A stretch of 63,624 nt of DNA, counting the filler, from Pelomyxa schiedti (taxonomy: Eukaryota > Protista > Evosea), in assembly GCA_020536535.1 (NCBI GenBank). It is 11 parts of 11 records of this genome, joined end to end, with 100 filler letters (N's around TTAATTAATTAA, not from the genome) between each part and the next. Parts side by side here need not be neighbours in the genome. Positions count along the whole stretch, not along the records: positions 1 to 4,009 come from JAHLWZ010001654.1; positions 4,110 to 5,695 come from JAHLWZ010002407.1; positions 5,796 to 7,275 come from JAHLWZ010002479.1; positions 7,376 to 33,174 come from JAHLWZ010001044.1; 7 more parts are not named here. One strand, 5' to 3'. Positions 1 to 12,558 of this stretch are shown here, piece after piece. Position numbers and translations under genes: made by a program. Under the pieces are notes generated by a model that searched no databases, was not told the DNA's origin, and saw nothing but the letters and a program-made list of their open reading frames with translations. Every line of letters begins with the position of its first letter. The stretch's first letter is position 1.

Positions 1-2019
1 CGCTGAAATCGGGGAAAATGATTGCAATAACGCAGGTCACAGAGACAAGAACTGTGCGTACAATGCATCGCAAGGCCATGGGAGTTGACTCGGTGAAAAT
101 TTCATCTTCCAGAACTTCATTCGCAACATTAAGTCCAAGAGGAAATGTAACAAGAAGAGCCAATGTGAGTAATACTTTGACGACGGTAATTGGAATTCCC
201 TATTTCGTGTAAGTTCTTTTTTTTTTTGGGAAATGAAAATTAACTGGAGGCAGGCAATCAAGTACAACTGAGCAAGTCCCATACCCAGACACATACATGA
301 TGGATCCAAAAGCAAGAACCATCAACGCGTAAAGCCAAAATCCAATGCCGGCCATAGCGGGTGCTTGGGAGGGTTTCTTCAAGGTGCCCTCACACGCAAG
401 CACACTATTAAACCCACACCCGTATGCATAAAGCAAGGTTGATAGAAACAGTGGTAATTGTGCCCAGTCCATAGCAACAACGTCTTTGTAATGCTCTTGG
501 TCCAGATTTGGGAATGCGTAATAAAAACTAACACCCATGACACCAAATACATAGATGGCAAGCCCCAGGAATGATGTATAAACTAATTGTTTGATGTAGC
601 GGATCCACGATAAGAGAACGAGGAGGGGATAGAGCTGTGATCTATGAGATTGCAATTGAATATGTTAAAGCATACCCACACTATCTGGACAATCCGGGAA
701 ATACTGGGAAGCAAGGTGTGGATATTGTTGCTCATAACAATTACCCACCCTGTGCAAAAGCACAACTGCAGGCAAACAATAGTCAGAAGGACAGCCCATT
801 TTCCCATATTGCTTGTAGTAGCCCCCAAATCTTTGTACGTAATAACTAGTTTGTTCCAATAAGTGTGGGAATAGAGTACAGTCAAAAAACCTGGGCCTTT
901 GTAATCGTCCCCGGTAATTTGCTTATTTGCTGCTCTTTTACACTTTATGTGATCTGTGAAATGAAAAGAAAAGAATCAAACCATTACCTTGACGATGATT
1001 AACTGCCCAAACATGGTAATAAGGGTTAAAATTGGTAGAGCAACGAAGCCAAGCCATAACCCACTCTCTGAAAAGGACTTTGGCATTGATAATATACCGG
1101 CTCCAAGCATGCTCCTGTAGAAAGCACAAAGGAAATACAAAGCTTAGGTCAAGGAACAAGTGAGTGAGAGACACAAACAAAGACAGAACTGTAAATAATA
1201 TTAGCCGTAATAACGCCAGAATGCTGTATAATTGTGCGTCACACACTTAATGAATTGCCCTGTAGCTGCGGGTGTGTTGCTTCCTCTTCGGTCCTCCGCC
1301 ATCTTCTGTCTCACAGAGCGTGACTCAATTGAGACCATTGACTGTGACCGCTTGAAAGATTTACTGAGTGTTCTTCTAAGTCTACGCATAGGGGTTTCGC
1401 TCTCATTGACGTTAATGGATGCTGACGTTTCCACCGGCGGCGAAGAGCGTAAATATTCCGTGTTGGCGTCGTTGGGTTGCCAATGCGTGTCCTCTTTGCC
1501 TCCATCAGGTTTAATTGTTATTCCAACAGCAGTATCATCCAACGTTGAAGGCGTACCTCTAGAGGGATGTGCAGAGCCCTTCCCAGGAGAGCGTTCGTGT
1601 GAGTGACTATGACGGTTGTCGTAGCGCGGTGTTGACGAGCGTGGCATGCTGTGAAACCGTGCCTCCGATGCGATATCAGTGCTTACGCTCCTGTAGTATT
1701 TTCCTCCTGCTCCTGTGCTAAACAGCGGAGTAACCTCGTCGGACTGAATGTGAACAGAGGCCGATTGGAATATAACATCCTGATCTCTGCGCAACTCGGC
1801 CTCGTCGTCAGACGACGAGCAAGAAGAAGAAGCGCTCCCGCTGCTGCTTCCTTCGCTGTCAGAAGGCGGAGGGGGCGGCGACGGAGATCGCGACAAGGAC
1901 GATGAAAAAGACGCAGATCTAGCACCGCCGCTGTCACTACTACCAACAACGCCACTGTCACTACCACCACCAGTCGCTTCGGCGCGTTTTGCTGTCGGAG
2001 ATCCGGAGGAGCTATGCAT
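1..2019 (-). CDS. Amino-acid transporter (Aa_trans, SLC36/38-like), multi-exon, 3' end beyond window
   Basis: Long Ser-rich N-terminus, then spliced SMLGAGILSMPKSFSESGLWLG, LQLCFCTGWVIVMSNN, LPLFLSTLLYAY and further TM exons. Confidence 0.85.
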
Positions 2020-2126
2020 CACCTATCAACGATTCGACAATTTTTTTCTTTTGGTAATGAAGCTTCTTTTCTCATAACCATTTTACGGAGAGATTTGATG
2101 GCCGGAAGCATGGTGCATTCAGAGAT

Positions 2127-3392
2127 CTACAGCAGGTGAATTTTCAGTGGGAATCCAAGGTTTCCAGGCAGAGACACGGCCTCGATATTGAACACGGGAT
2201 TTCCCGATGTGACCTCAAATGCTTTCACATCGTTTTCTCCAACAAGAAAAACCAGGCCAGCTTCGACTTGCACACCAGAAATGGGATCACTAGGGACCTC
2301 CAAAGTCACACACTTGGGTGGCCTGTCAGCCTCTGTGCTGCAGTCCCAGAGGTAATAAACATTGCACTGATGCACGTAGTACACGCAGAACCGGGACTCA
2401 TCCAGCTGTGACACTGAAAGCTCCCTCTCTGATTCTGCTAGTTGCCTCACAAGGGCGGTTCCTTCTTCCACCTCATAGACGCCAAATATCGGGGGCATTC
2501 TAATGACCAAGACGAATACACGGCGGCCTCCGTTCCTCCTCATCACTAGTGTTGATGTTACCTTCCAAAAACTGTCATTAACTGGAACAAGACTTGTGGT
2601 TGCACTGCTCAGACTGAGGCATCCTGAGCTGTGGGAATTCTCCAGATCAACAACCAGGAAAACGGCAGTTCTCTTAGCTTGGTCTGTGAGAACAGCAGTT
2701 ATCTCGTTTGGGGCCAGTTTGTCGAAGCACAGGTCAGCAATATAAAGAGCCTCCAAATTACAATATCCAGGGATACACAGCTTCGTTGTATCCCTGTTAT
2801 TCCCTTGCCTGCTCACTATCATCACTTGGTTTCCCTCCACTTCCCCTATTTTTATGCTGCTTTTCCTCAAACAGGTAACCACCCACAAATTGTTCTCATT
2901 CCACCACATCGATATCTTACCCCCAAACACTCCACATGGAGCCCTCTGGTCCCCACAGTCAGCCACTCCGTCACAGGTGATCCCACACAGAGGTGAAACC
3001 CCAATAGTTACCCACTTTGACCACGATGAGTCACTGCACCACAACCTCACAGCCAACACCCTCTCAGTCAGAAACGCAGCCACCAAGTCCCACACCACTG
3101 ACAACAACACCGGGCCTCCCTGTGTCCCCAGAATCCTCACAGCCGGTTGTGCCACTGTCATTGCAAGTGACATCGAGCGCGACACTGATACCGACGCACC
3201 CAGCATAAGTGTCATCAACTGACACCATTCCCTCGGGAACATTGATGACATCACCTCAGCCCTTGTCCTTGGCCCTGATTGATCACTGCGAAGTAGGCTG
3301 AATGAAGGGCACGTGGCTATTACCACACCACTCCCGCCCTCCAGGAAACTCCATTTTGATGGTCTCGTCGGTTCATTGAGACGTTGCATCAT
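2127..3392 (-). CDS. Intronless 421-aa hypothetical protein of a lineage-expanded family (related to 38427-39885)
   Basis: Long ORF; shares motifs GVSP/GISP, SQLDESRFC/AQVDCHRFC and EAGLVF/EAGFLF with the 38-40 kb locus. Confidence 0.7.
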   Translation of the reverse strand: MMQRLNEPTRPSKWSFLEGGSGVVIATCPSFSLLRSDQSGPRTRAEVMSSMFPREWCQLMTLMLGASVSVSRSMSLAMTVAQPAVRILGTQGGPVLLSVVWDLVAAFLTERVLAVRLWCSDSSWSKWVTIGVSPLCGITCDGVADCGDQRAPCGVFGGKISMWWNENNLWVVTCLRKSSIKIGEVEGNQVMIVSRQGNNRDTTKLCIPGYCNLEALYIADLCFDKLAPNEITAVLTDQAKRTAVFLVVDLENSHSSGCLSLSSATTSLVPVNDSFWKVTSTLVMRRNGGRRVFVLVIRMPPIFGVYEVEEGTALVRQLAESERELSVSQLDESRFCVYYVHQCNVYYLWDCSTEADRPPKCVTLEVPSDPISGVQVEAGLVFLVGENDVKAFEVTSGNPVFNIEAVSLPGNLGFPLKIHLL

Positions 3393-3713
3393 CCTTCTTC
3401 ATGTGTATAAGCACAAAGGGAGTGAAAAACAATTTCGCACTTACGTAGGAACGTCTTGCGTATGTATTTTGTTTGGTTTTGAAGGGTCAGTTGTTGCGGT
3501 TGGGGGCATCCCCCGTTGTTAACGGAAATTGATTTGTTCATCACCGCCTGCTTCATGAAGACGCTGTTGCGAAGCGGCATTTTTTATTTACCCGGAGTGG
3601 GCGTTTTCATCGGGTGGTAGTATCGAAAAGGAAAACTAGGGGAAGTGACTTTGATTGTGTCCGAAATTGTTGTGAATTATTAATAATATTTGTATTAACA
3701 AGAGAATATAATT

Positions 3714-4009
3714 TTAGTGCTGGTGGGCTGGATGCCTGGCTTCAATTCCCCTAATACAATCACAGGCAGTCTGCCCACGTGGATCCCCAAGGCTCTGGGC
3801 CAGTTGGAACCACCTCAGTGCCTCCTTGATGTCCCTGGTGGTTGCTCCTCCAGTGCCTTTCTCATAATACATCCCCAGGTTGCACTGAGCTATATCACAC
3901 CCCTGCATTGCACCCAGTGAGTAGAGCCTGAATGCCTCCTTCTTGTCCTTTGCCACACCCCACCCTTCGTTCTCATAGCACCAGCCCATGTTGGTTTGTG
4001 CAAGGGAGT
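3714..4009 (-). CDS. SEL1-like repeat protein, C-terminal fragment
   Basis: AQTNMGWCYENEGWGVAKDKKEA and AQCNLGMYYEKGTG repeats; truncated at spacer. Confidence 0.9.
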
Positions 4010-4109
4010 NNNNNNNNNNNNNNNNNNNNNNNNNNNNNNNNNNNNNNNNNNNNTTAATTAATTAANNNNNNNNNNNNNNNNNNNNNNNNNNNNNNNNNNN
4101 NNNNNNNNN
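4010..4109. other. Artificial contig spacer (N44-TTAATTAATTAA-N44); others at 5696, 7276, 33175, 40486, 43560, 45109, 47964, 61152, 62291
   Basis: Identical 100-bp format with a six-frame-stop 12-mer between N runs. Confidence 0.98.
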
Positions 4110-5183
4110 GCTTCTGGGTTTGGTGTGTTGGTAGTTTCACCACTGTTACTTGATGAAATAGGGGTATTGGTGGGATTGGGATTGGTTGTTTGGATGTTGG
4201 TGCTGGTTTTGTTTGTATCACCGCTGCTTGTTGTCGGAGCCTGTGGTTCTGTCGTGGTTGTTGTTGTGTTGCTTGTTGGCGTGGATGCAGTGGCGGATGC
4301 TGCAAGTGGGGGTGGTTGGTAGTTTGTGATGACTTGGAGGTGGTGTGAAATCTGTCTAATCCGTTTGTATTCGTCTGCGGTGACAACAGAGGCTGGAACG
4401 CCGTTTTCGGAACGGTTCCTTTGGAACAAGAGAGCAAGATATCCCTCAGTGGTTGGCTGGTGAGATGTATTAGAAAGCTACGGGCTGGGAGTAGATGCAC
4501 ACGTATTTTGAGAGCAGAGAGGGGTCAGTGAGGAGCCGTTCATTGGCTTCATACAAAGAGGCACGGACTCCACTCAATACTTTGTGCACAGTGCCGTCAG
4601 CTGTTATAACATTGCACAAGACAGAATTGGTATCAAAATTGATTGCACCTCGTAAGCATGGGTTTAGAACAATCAAAATTGGAAGCAGCTGCAGGTGGTA
4701 TTGCGCATGTTTTGCGGCTGTATTACATAAGAAGCAGCTGGTGGAAGGGACATATTTTTTTTCTTGCCAGAAACCTTGGTAACCACACGGCTCTTCCTTG
4801 CTGCGTCAATGTCAAACACAACTTTGGTAATTGGCCCATGGATGTGTGCGCACAGAGCACGGTGCGTAGGCGCCAAACCAACAATAAGAACCTTATTGGA
4901 GTGCAAGTATATGTACTGATCACATCCCTTCATTCCTCCGACATCTCACCATACCCAACTTTAAAACAAACAAGGGAAAAAACCCACCAAATAAAAGGAA
5001 GTATAACATAGAGGGAAAAAAAGGGGGGGAAAGAAAGGCAATAAAAAGAGTACCTAGGGCGAAGAACTGGGTCGTGTATCTCTCCACAAATGACGGAAAC
5101 TCCTCCACAGGCTTGTTGTTGTCACCATTTACCGGTGCCACGGTACTTGTTGTGGCCGACGCGGACCCCCCACCACTCGCCAT
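4110..5183 (-). CDS. ABITRAM: ABITRAM/FAM206A (Simiate)-like protein, multi-exon, 3' truncated
   Basis: FPSFVERY, DQYIYLHSNKVLIVGLAPTH, KVSGKKK, VRASLYEANERLLTDPSLL, EGYLALL. Confidence 0.85.
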
Positions 5184-5795
5184 CTCAGAGAATATTTTTT
5201 GATTTGTTTTGTTTCAGAGGTAAGATCTTGAGACAAATTGTCCACAAATTCACCGTTTCGCTCTATTCAGTAGTGGTTATCTCCAAAGTAAGATTGTCGA
5301 AGGCGCCACGGGAGTGCCGGCAGATTCACACGCGTTAAGCTCGGTTTTTCTCGCGTTTTCCTCTACCGAAAGCAGAAGGACGTCCTTTGTCAAAGAAAAA
5401 ATAGATCTTTTCTTCCGAAATCAGTTCGTTCGGCACCAACAAAAATTACAAGCAAAAACAAAAAATGTCCTCCAAAAACAACGCGCGCCGAAGCGCGGAG
5501 GCCCCCACCACCACGTCCACCAGCGCGGCAACTACGACCACAAGGGGCAACTCCCCCCCGCGGTCCCCCCCCGGTGGCTCCCACACGTCGCCCCCGTCAC
5601 CACCCCAGAAGCAAAGTACATCCACAGCAGCAGCAGCCGCCGCCTCCTCCTCTGCGCCCAGCAAGACCGCTAATAATGCCAATGCCAATGCCAACNNNNN
5701 NNNNNNNNNNNNNNNNNNNNNNNNNNNNNNNNNNNNNNNTTAATTAATTAANNNNNNNNNNNNNNNNNNNNNNNNNNNNNNNNNNNNNNNNNNNN

Positions 5796-6667
5796 ACACA
5801 ACGAACCAACCACACTCTGGTGGGCTTCCACGATGTCACTTGTTGGTGCATGTTTTGTTGCTGGAATTGCTGTGGACAGGGACACCAGCAAAGCTGCATC
5901 ACTTTTCAGAAGGGCTGCCGATGCCGGAAATGCCGAGGCAATGAACAACCTTGGTTTGTGTTACAAAAATGGCTGTGGTGTTGAGAAGGACATGAACGAG
6001 GCTGTGTCACTTTACAGGAGGGCTGCTGATGCTGGAAATATCGTAGCAATGAGCAACCTTGGTTGGTGTTACGAAAGTGGCAATGGTGCTGGCAAGGACA
6101 TGAACGAGGCTGTGTCACTTTACAGGAGGGCTGCTGATGCCGGAAATATCGTTGCAATGTTCAGCCTTGGTTTGTGTTACCACAATGGCAATGGTGTTGG
6201 CAAGGACATGAACGAGGCTGTGTCACTTTTCAGGAAGGCTGCTGATGCTGGAAGTGCCAATGCAATGTACAACCTTGGTTGGTGTTACGAAAATGGCAGT
6301 GGTGTTGACAAGGATATGAACGAGGCTGTGTCACTTTTCAGGAAGGCTGCTGATGCTGGATGTGCCGAGGCAATGACCTCCCTTGGTTTGTGTTACGAAA
6401 ATGGCAAGGGTGTTGGCAAGGATATGAACGAGGCTGTGTCACTTTTCAGGAAGGCTGCTGATGCTGGAAGTGCCAATGCAATGACCGCCCTTGGTTTGTG
6501 TTACCACAATGGCAATGGTGTTGGCAAGGACAGGAACGAGGCTGTGTCACTTTACAGGAGGGCTGCTGATGCTGGATGTGCCGATGCAATGTTCAACCTT
6601 GGTTTGTGTTACGAAAATGGCAAGGGTGTTGGCAAGGACATGAACGAGGCTGTGTCACTTTTCAGGA
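5796..6667 (+). CDS. SEL1-like tandem repeat protein (about 7 near-identical 108-bp/36-aa units), partial
   Basis: Repeated AMxxLGxCYxNGxGVxKDMNEAVSLxRxAADAG. Confidence 0.95.
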
Positions 6668-7018
6668 GCGCTTCTTCTTGTCGTCTTCCATCTGCGGCAC
6701 CCCCGCTTGGTCGGCGGCGCCGTCGCGGACCGCACCGCCTTCGGCTCCTTCAGCCGGTGCCTTGCCGGTTGCCTTGGCCCCTCCTCGCCCGCCTCTGGGT
6801 CGCCGCCCAAAGCCGCGCCCGCGGCCTCGGGACGAGGTGCCGCCTCGGCTGTTGTCGTTGTTGGAGGACACGGGCCGGGCGAGGTCCCCGAGTCCCTCGC
6901 CGTCGATTCCGAGCTTGTGCAGAGACCGACGCAGGTCACCCATCCGTAGACGCTGAAAAATTAGTTTAATTAAAGACCTGAGTCGCAACTGCGAAAAGAA
7001 AAATAGATAAGGCTCCGG

Positions 7019-7275
7019 TTAGCTCGTCTGGGTGGGAAGTTTCGATAGGGCGGCCTGAGCAGCCTGACACCCCTCAGCAGCTGCCCGACGGTAAAAGGTG
7101 TTCGCCACCCCAACATCCATCTTCACACCATTGCCGTATTCGTAACACGAACCAAGGTTGTACATTGCCATAGGCACATTTCCAGCATCAGCAGCCTTCC
7201 TGAAAAGTGACACACCCTCGTTCATATCCTTCTCAACACCCTTGCCATTTTTGTAACACCAACCAAGGTTGTTCA
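7019..7275 (-). CDS. SEL1-like repeat protein, C-terminal fragment
   Basis: NLGWCYKNGKGVEKDMNEGVSLFRKAADAG and AMYNLGSCYEYGNGV. Confidence 0.9.
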
Positions 7276-7567
7276 NNNNNNNNNNNNNNNNNNNNNNNNN
7301 NNNNNNNNNNNNNNNNNNNTTAATTAATTAANNNNNNNNNNNNNNNNNNNNNNNNNNNNNNNNNNNNNNNNNNNNTCTTTTTCTAAACACAACTTGCCCG
7401 GCCAGATGCCCACCCTCCCAAAAAGGGTTCCCTTCGGTGAAACAAAAGTTTTCCTTTAACTTGGAAAGAAAATCGACTCTCTGCTGCTTAACTTGATCCG
7501 TCAGGCCAATACCAACCCGGAGGCCGAAATAAGGGGTTTATGTAAGCATTCCAAGGAACCTTGGAAT

Positions 7568-8943
7568 TCAGTAATAGCATTCGTGCTGAATAGAATCACT
7601 GGGTTGATGTTCCAGTTGTACTTCCTGCTCGCCGTGTTCATTTCTTATCCACATAGAATAACCAACATTGCCTTGGGAATCCAATGTCAAATGGAAGACT
7701 CTGGCTCCATGGGGTTTCTCAAATGGGTACCATCCACCAATCCCCGTTTTTCTGCCGTAACAGAGTTGCAACCAAGGATGCTCTGAGAAGGCACCACAGT
7801 AGTCGTTGAGGTGGTCATGACCACATGAAGCTACTTGAACGTCATGCATCTCCACAAGGGCATCATAGAGACCAGTGTTGAGCTGAAATAGTGAAATGGC
7901 AAATGCAAAAGAATGGTGAGTAAATTGGGGTGATTGCAGAAGAAACAAACATCTGGGCAGCAAACTCTTTCCCCCTTCGTTCCAATACACACTTCTTCAT
8001 TCCATAATGCCATGTACTCATCTAGGGGAATGTGGAAGAACATCAAAGAGAAGAAAGGTGAAGTGCGGTCCACGTTCAGTGTCCTGGAAACGTTTTTGTA
8101 CCATTCAACCTTAGTGAATTATTAAAACGAGTAGGGATTTATTGCCGGTAAGTACTTGTTGATAGGTTGCACAGCCATTACCACTGACATTTGGGCATTG
8201 ACCAGAATCCAAGGTATCGAGGAAATACAGTACCGCCGCTATATCGGTTTCACCAGAATCACTGTACACAGGAAGCCAGTAATTACTTACACCAGGTAAG
8301 TCTTCAAGAAGAAATTTAATAGAAATGAAAGCCAAATGACAATGAAAAGTGATACCAGTTGGGCCGATCTGGGAGAGACTTCCTTGCAGAGATTGGTCCA
8401 GTGTCATAAGTTCCTGTCTTGTCATGACGCCTCTATCGTCGTGATTCCCAAATCTTTGTATGTAGACCGAGAGTAAATACAAATTTAACCATTGAATGTA
8501 GAATACGTGATAGCCCAATTCAAGCCGCGGTCCATCATTGGGCCCACCATTTGTTTCCACAAAGCAGTCTCCTCGTCAGCACTCCACTTATCATTACCAG
8601 TCAACATGTCGCCACTAGTGACAACTAAGTCAACCCGTGCCCCAAACAACTCGGAGTCTGTTGACTTTAGTTGAGTTTGGCATTCATTGGCATGAGTGGG
8701 ATGAAAAGGATGAAGTGAATGCCATGGGGAGGGCACAGGCTATTTTTTTGAGTGGCACACACCCAACACAGTTTGTTGCACTTGTGTTGTCTCTTGGTCA
8801 GGGTAGTCGTACTCAAAGTGCATGTCGGTGAACTGTACAACTTTGAAGGTGCCGTCATTAAAATGCAACCCACTGACTGTACCCACAACAACAAAACCCA
8901 CACAAACAACCTCCCAGGGACCCACCCTTCCACCCCACCCCAT
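7568..8943 (-). CDS. Dcr2-like calcineurin-family metallophosphoesterase with hydrophobic N-terminus, multi-exon
   Basis: FKVVQFTDMHF, DLVVTSGDM, FGNHDD, FFHIPLDEY, CGHDHLNDYCG, LCYGRKTG. Confidence 0.92.
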
Positions 8944-9090
8944 GTGGCTTTTTTGACTTCTGCTTAGCAGAAAGAAACAGTTGTGGGATATCAACGGAAC
9001 TATGAACAGGGTTGTGTTGTATTAAGAACAAAATGAGTGGACATTGACCCTCGTTTGTGTTTGTGACTTGTAGTAGGATGGATGGATGTG

Positions 9091-10471
9091 TTATAACGAA
9101 GATTTCTGAGTTTGTGATCCACAAGAGCTTTGAAGGTGGAAATCCAGCAATTTATTTAGGGCTGCTTTCTCAATCTCGCCAAGTACAGTAGTGGCACCAT
9201 TGATAGTCTCGCGTGCGTTGTAGAATATTGCTTGATGCCACTTGATAGTAATAATTACCACATTATTTGAATTAGGTTTAGGCTGTAGCTCAACCCTCCC
9301 CAAGCCTGTTGGCTCACCTTGTGGTTCCTCTCCAGTTTTTTTGACATCAAGGCGTCAAAGTGTTGCTCTGTCAAGTTGTAGACCTGTTGCCATTTCAACT
9401 TGAAGGTACTAGGATCGGAGTTGTATACAGTCGACCCTAATGGGAATTTGAAATTTTTGTGAAGCTGGTCAAAGCGCTAAAAAGTGAGAAAGGAAAAAGA
9501 AAGTACGAACATTTGGGGTTCCCTCCGTTTTCAGGAGTGCACAGGATCTGACGTGCGATATTGATAAGCGTTGCTGTAAAAATTTCCGCGGACAAGTTTA
9601 GTGCGTCATATTGCTATCTGGTGTTACATAGAAGGTGAGGCTATTCACAGAATACCGGAAGGGCTTGGAGTTGCTGTTGTAGGGTGATATTGTGCGCATC
9701 CCGCTCTTCCACCTGTTTCAGGGCAGCTTCTAACTTCTTCTGCATGGAATCTTCCATCTGTTTCAGGGCGGCATCTAGCTTCTTCTGCATGGAATCTTCC
9801 ACCTGTTTCAGGATAGAATCCAGCTTCATCTGCATTGATGTGTTCTGCTCTTCTGCCTGTTTTTGAACCAGGTTCATCTTCATCAGCTGGGATTGTTAGA
9901 TTGAGTTGTGTTGTTAAGCAAATGGCCCAATTTGCTTTATTAAAGCGAAAGATAACAATTGTGGTATCAAACCTGTTCTCTGGAGTTCGTTGCCCAATTT
10001 GGTTTTTTTAGAAAATAAAACCCATAACAGAACCAGAAAACTAGTCACTTACGTGTGCTTCATGCCCTGTTCAACCTCGTGCAGACGTGCTGACAATGTA
10101 TTGGGTACAGATGTTGCAGCAGGCACTGTGATGCAAATCATGCCGTGGTCAGCCAGAAATGTTTCCAACGATGTGGAAGCGGTCACATCCCCACCACTAG
10201 GCGTGGTGTACCCCATGTTGATGTTCTCAAAGCTCGGTAACTCCCTTGTTCCCAACTCGGTTGCCATTTTGCCTTGGACCGCCTGCCATACCTGCTTGGC
10301 AAGGGCAGGTGGGAAAGGGATCGAAATTGTCGTAGGAAGGCTGAGTGCTGCTCTAAACATGTGAGCTTCCTGGTACACCATTGGCATTTCGAAAACACGG
10401 GTAGGCAGTGACTGGGAGGTCGAAGGAGTTGAATGCGGCTGAGAAAAAGGTTTGTTGCTGTCTTTGCCCAT
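9091..10471 (-). CDS. Hypothetical multi-exon protein with coiled-coil 15-aa tandem repeat
   Basis: Exons at 10049-10471, 9641-9883 (KQxEDSMQKKLxAAL repeats) and 9091-9240 flanked by splice signals. Confidence 0.55.
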
Positions 10472-10645
10472 GTTGGCCTCGTCACTGCGGCCCCACGTGA
10501 AGACAATGAAAATAATGGATCTGCAAAGTTAGAATGGTGAGCAACGTGACCCGTATTTCAGGTGCAGGTAACTGTGGAAGTATGTTGTGGGTTGTGGAAT
10601 AGAAAGTAGCCTCGTGTATCCCAGAAAAACAAAAACTGTTCAACA

Positions 10646-12558
10646 ATGAAGCAGTGGGATACGTTCAAAACAGCAGCAGGCAACACGCTGTCGAACACAG
10701 CGGCGGCAGCGTCTGCAGCAGCCACGGCCACATCGGCCTCTCTCAGTGCCAGCGCCGCAGCAGCAGCGACAGCCCTGGGGGTGACCACGGGATCGTCGTC
10801 GAGGCAGCAGCGGGCGCATACGCCGCCGCCTACTTGCGGTGTTGCTGTGGGGCCAGTGGCGAGTGCAACTGCCGCAACGGCTACGTGTGGGGGTGGAAAT
10901 TTTGGTGGCAGGAATGAGCCCCCTGGTGGAATTATGGGTGAAAACCAAGGTGCCACGAGTAAGTTAGCTCCTCCTTGTTCTGGCTTGTGCTATTCATTTA
11001 ATTTCTTTTTTTTGTTGTTGTTGTTTTTCTCGCACCCACCTCTATGTGGCTTATAATCCCAGTATTAAATGCTTTTCTGCCATGAAAACTAGGAGGTGGC
11101 AGTAGAGATTTGACTGAGCACTTTCTACCTGGTAGGATGGCCTTTTTTAAGGCGTACCATGATGAATGTGAGCGGACTGTTATTGCCTTTCGATTGGTAA
11201 GGCCCTTTTTTTCCCCAATGATGTTATTATGAAATGAAAGCCTGGACTTATTCGTTTGTTAGTTTTGTCTTATTTTCCTTCTTTCTCTTTTGTTGTGACA
11301 TTTATGTACCAAGTTATCACACACGGCAGCTAGTCAAGCGCAAAGCAAAATGTTCCCTCAACAACAACTCACGTCTAGTGCTTCCCGATTTTTCAGTAGT
11401 GCTGGGTCTTTATTAAGTGAAACTCTCAAGACAAGTGGCGCTCTGGTTGGAGCAAAGAGCGACAGTCCTACTCCCTCCTGTTGTCCTTTCTGCCGGTAGT
11501 TGCAGTACTCACTATTTTCCATCATCCAACTGTGATTTGTAACCAGAAAGATATTTTCAGGATTCTTTGTAAAACAAAGACAATGCCCCCTGTGTAATCG
11601 CATAACATGCCTTGACTGCAATAAATCTGCGGATTACTTTCCAGTTGGAAATTCCATTGACACATCAGGTTAAGTTTTCCTGTGACTAATCTTAATTACT
11701 TAATACATGCAGCCAGTCTTGGGCAGGCCACTATGTGCCTCAAATGTTACTCATATCTCGAGCATTACAGAAAGAAACAAAAATTTGACCAACTTAAGAA
11801 CACGGCTATGTTTAAGCGGTTTACTGATGTATATGACAACCAGCAGCTATTATTAGTGCTACTGCACAGAAGAATAGAGCACCTATCATACTTAGTTTCT
11901 AAAGTAGACTCAAACACCTCACCAGAGTTCAAGGTGGGGAAACACTTCTCACAAGAAGCTTTTACTTTTTCTGAGACCCAAAACACAGGAAGCTCAAGAT
12001 TTTTCATTAAGTGTCACTGAATTGAGCACATCGTTACTAAAAGGCGTGAAGCAAATAAGTGAACTGCAATTTGAGGATAAAACAAACCAGAAGTTGCAAG
12101 CAACAGTTAACGGTGTGTTTGCCAGCCAATTGCAGTCGGCGTGCCCACAAGCGGCGGCACTACAACAGGTACCCAATGTAAAGACAAGACTCCCCTTACA
12201 TATTCCACTAGAAACTCAAAGCCATAGCTACCCAAAGAGGGCCTATGTCCATACTCGGTGTATGTCCGGCCATTGCACCCCCATCTGGGGCAGTAGTGGC
12301 CATAACGGGAGAGAACTTCCAGACCGGTGTTGAAGTGTATATAAATGGAATGAAGTGAGCAATTCCTTGCCAGCCACCAGACATATTAACTAACATTCTA
12401 TGCTGTGCAGGTGCAAAGCTGTTGCCAACGGGAGTGGAACCTCTATACAAGTTGTGGTTCCACCAACAAAAACTCTTGGATTTGCATGTGTGAAGGTTGT
12501 AAACCCTAATGGGGACTCGATTGAAATGCCTGAAGTTTTGAGCTACAGCGACCTGTGA
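10646..12558 (+). CDS. FYVE-like zinc-finger protein with C-terminal IPT/TIG-like domain, multi-exon
   Basis: CPFC...FFVKQRQCPLCNRITCLDC...CLKC; C-terminal PPSGAVVAITGENFQTGVEVYING...VKVVNPNG. Confidence 0.7.

Noticed and set aside
4010-4109. Recurrent TTAATTAATTAA as a biological repeat or CRISPR-like array
   Set aside because: Always embedded in fixed N-runs; it is an assembly linker
5914-6667. 108-bp repeats as a CRISPR array
   Set aside because: In-frame SEL1 coding repeats with no unique spacers and no cas genes
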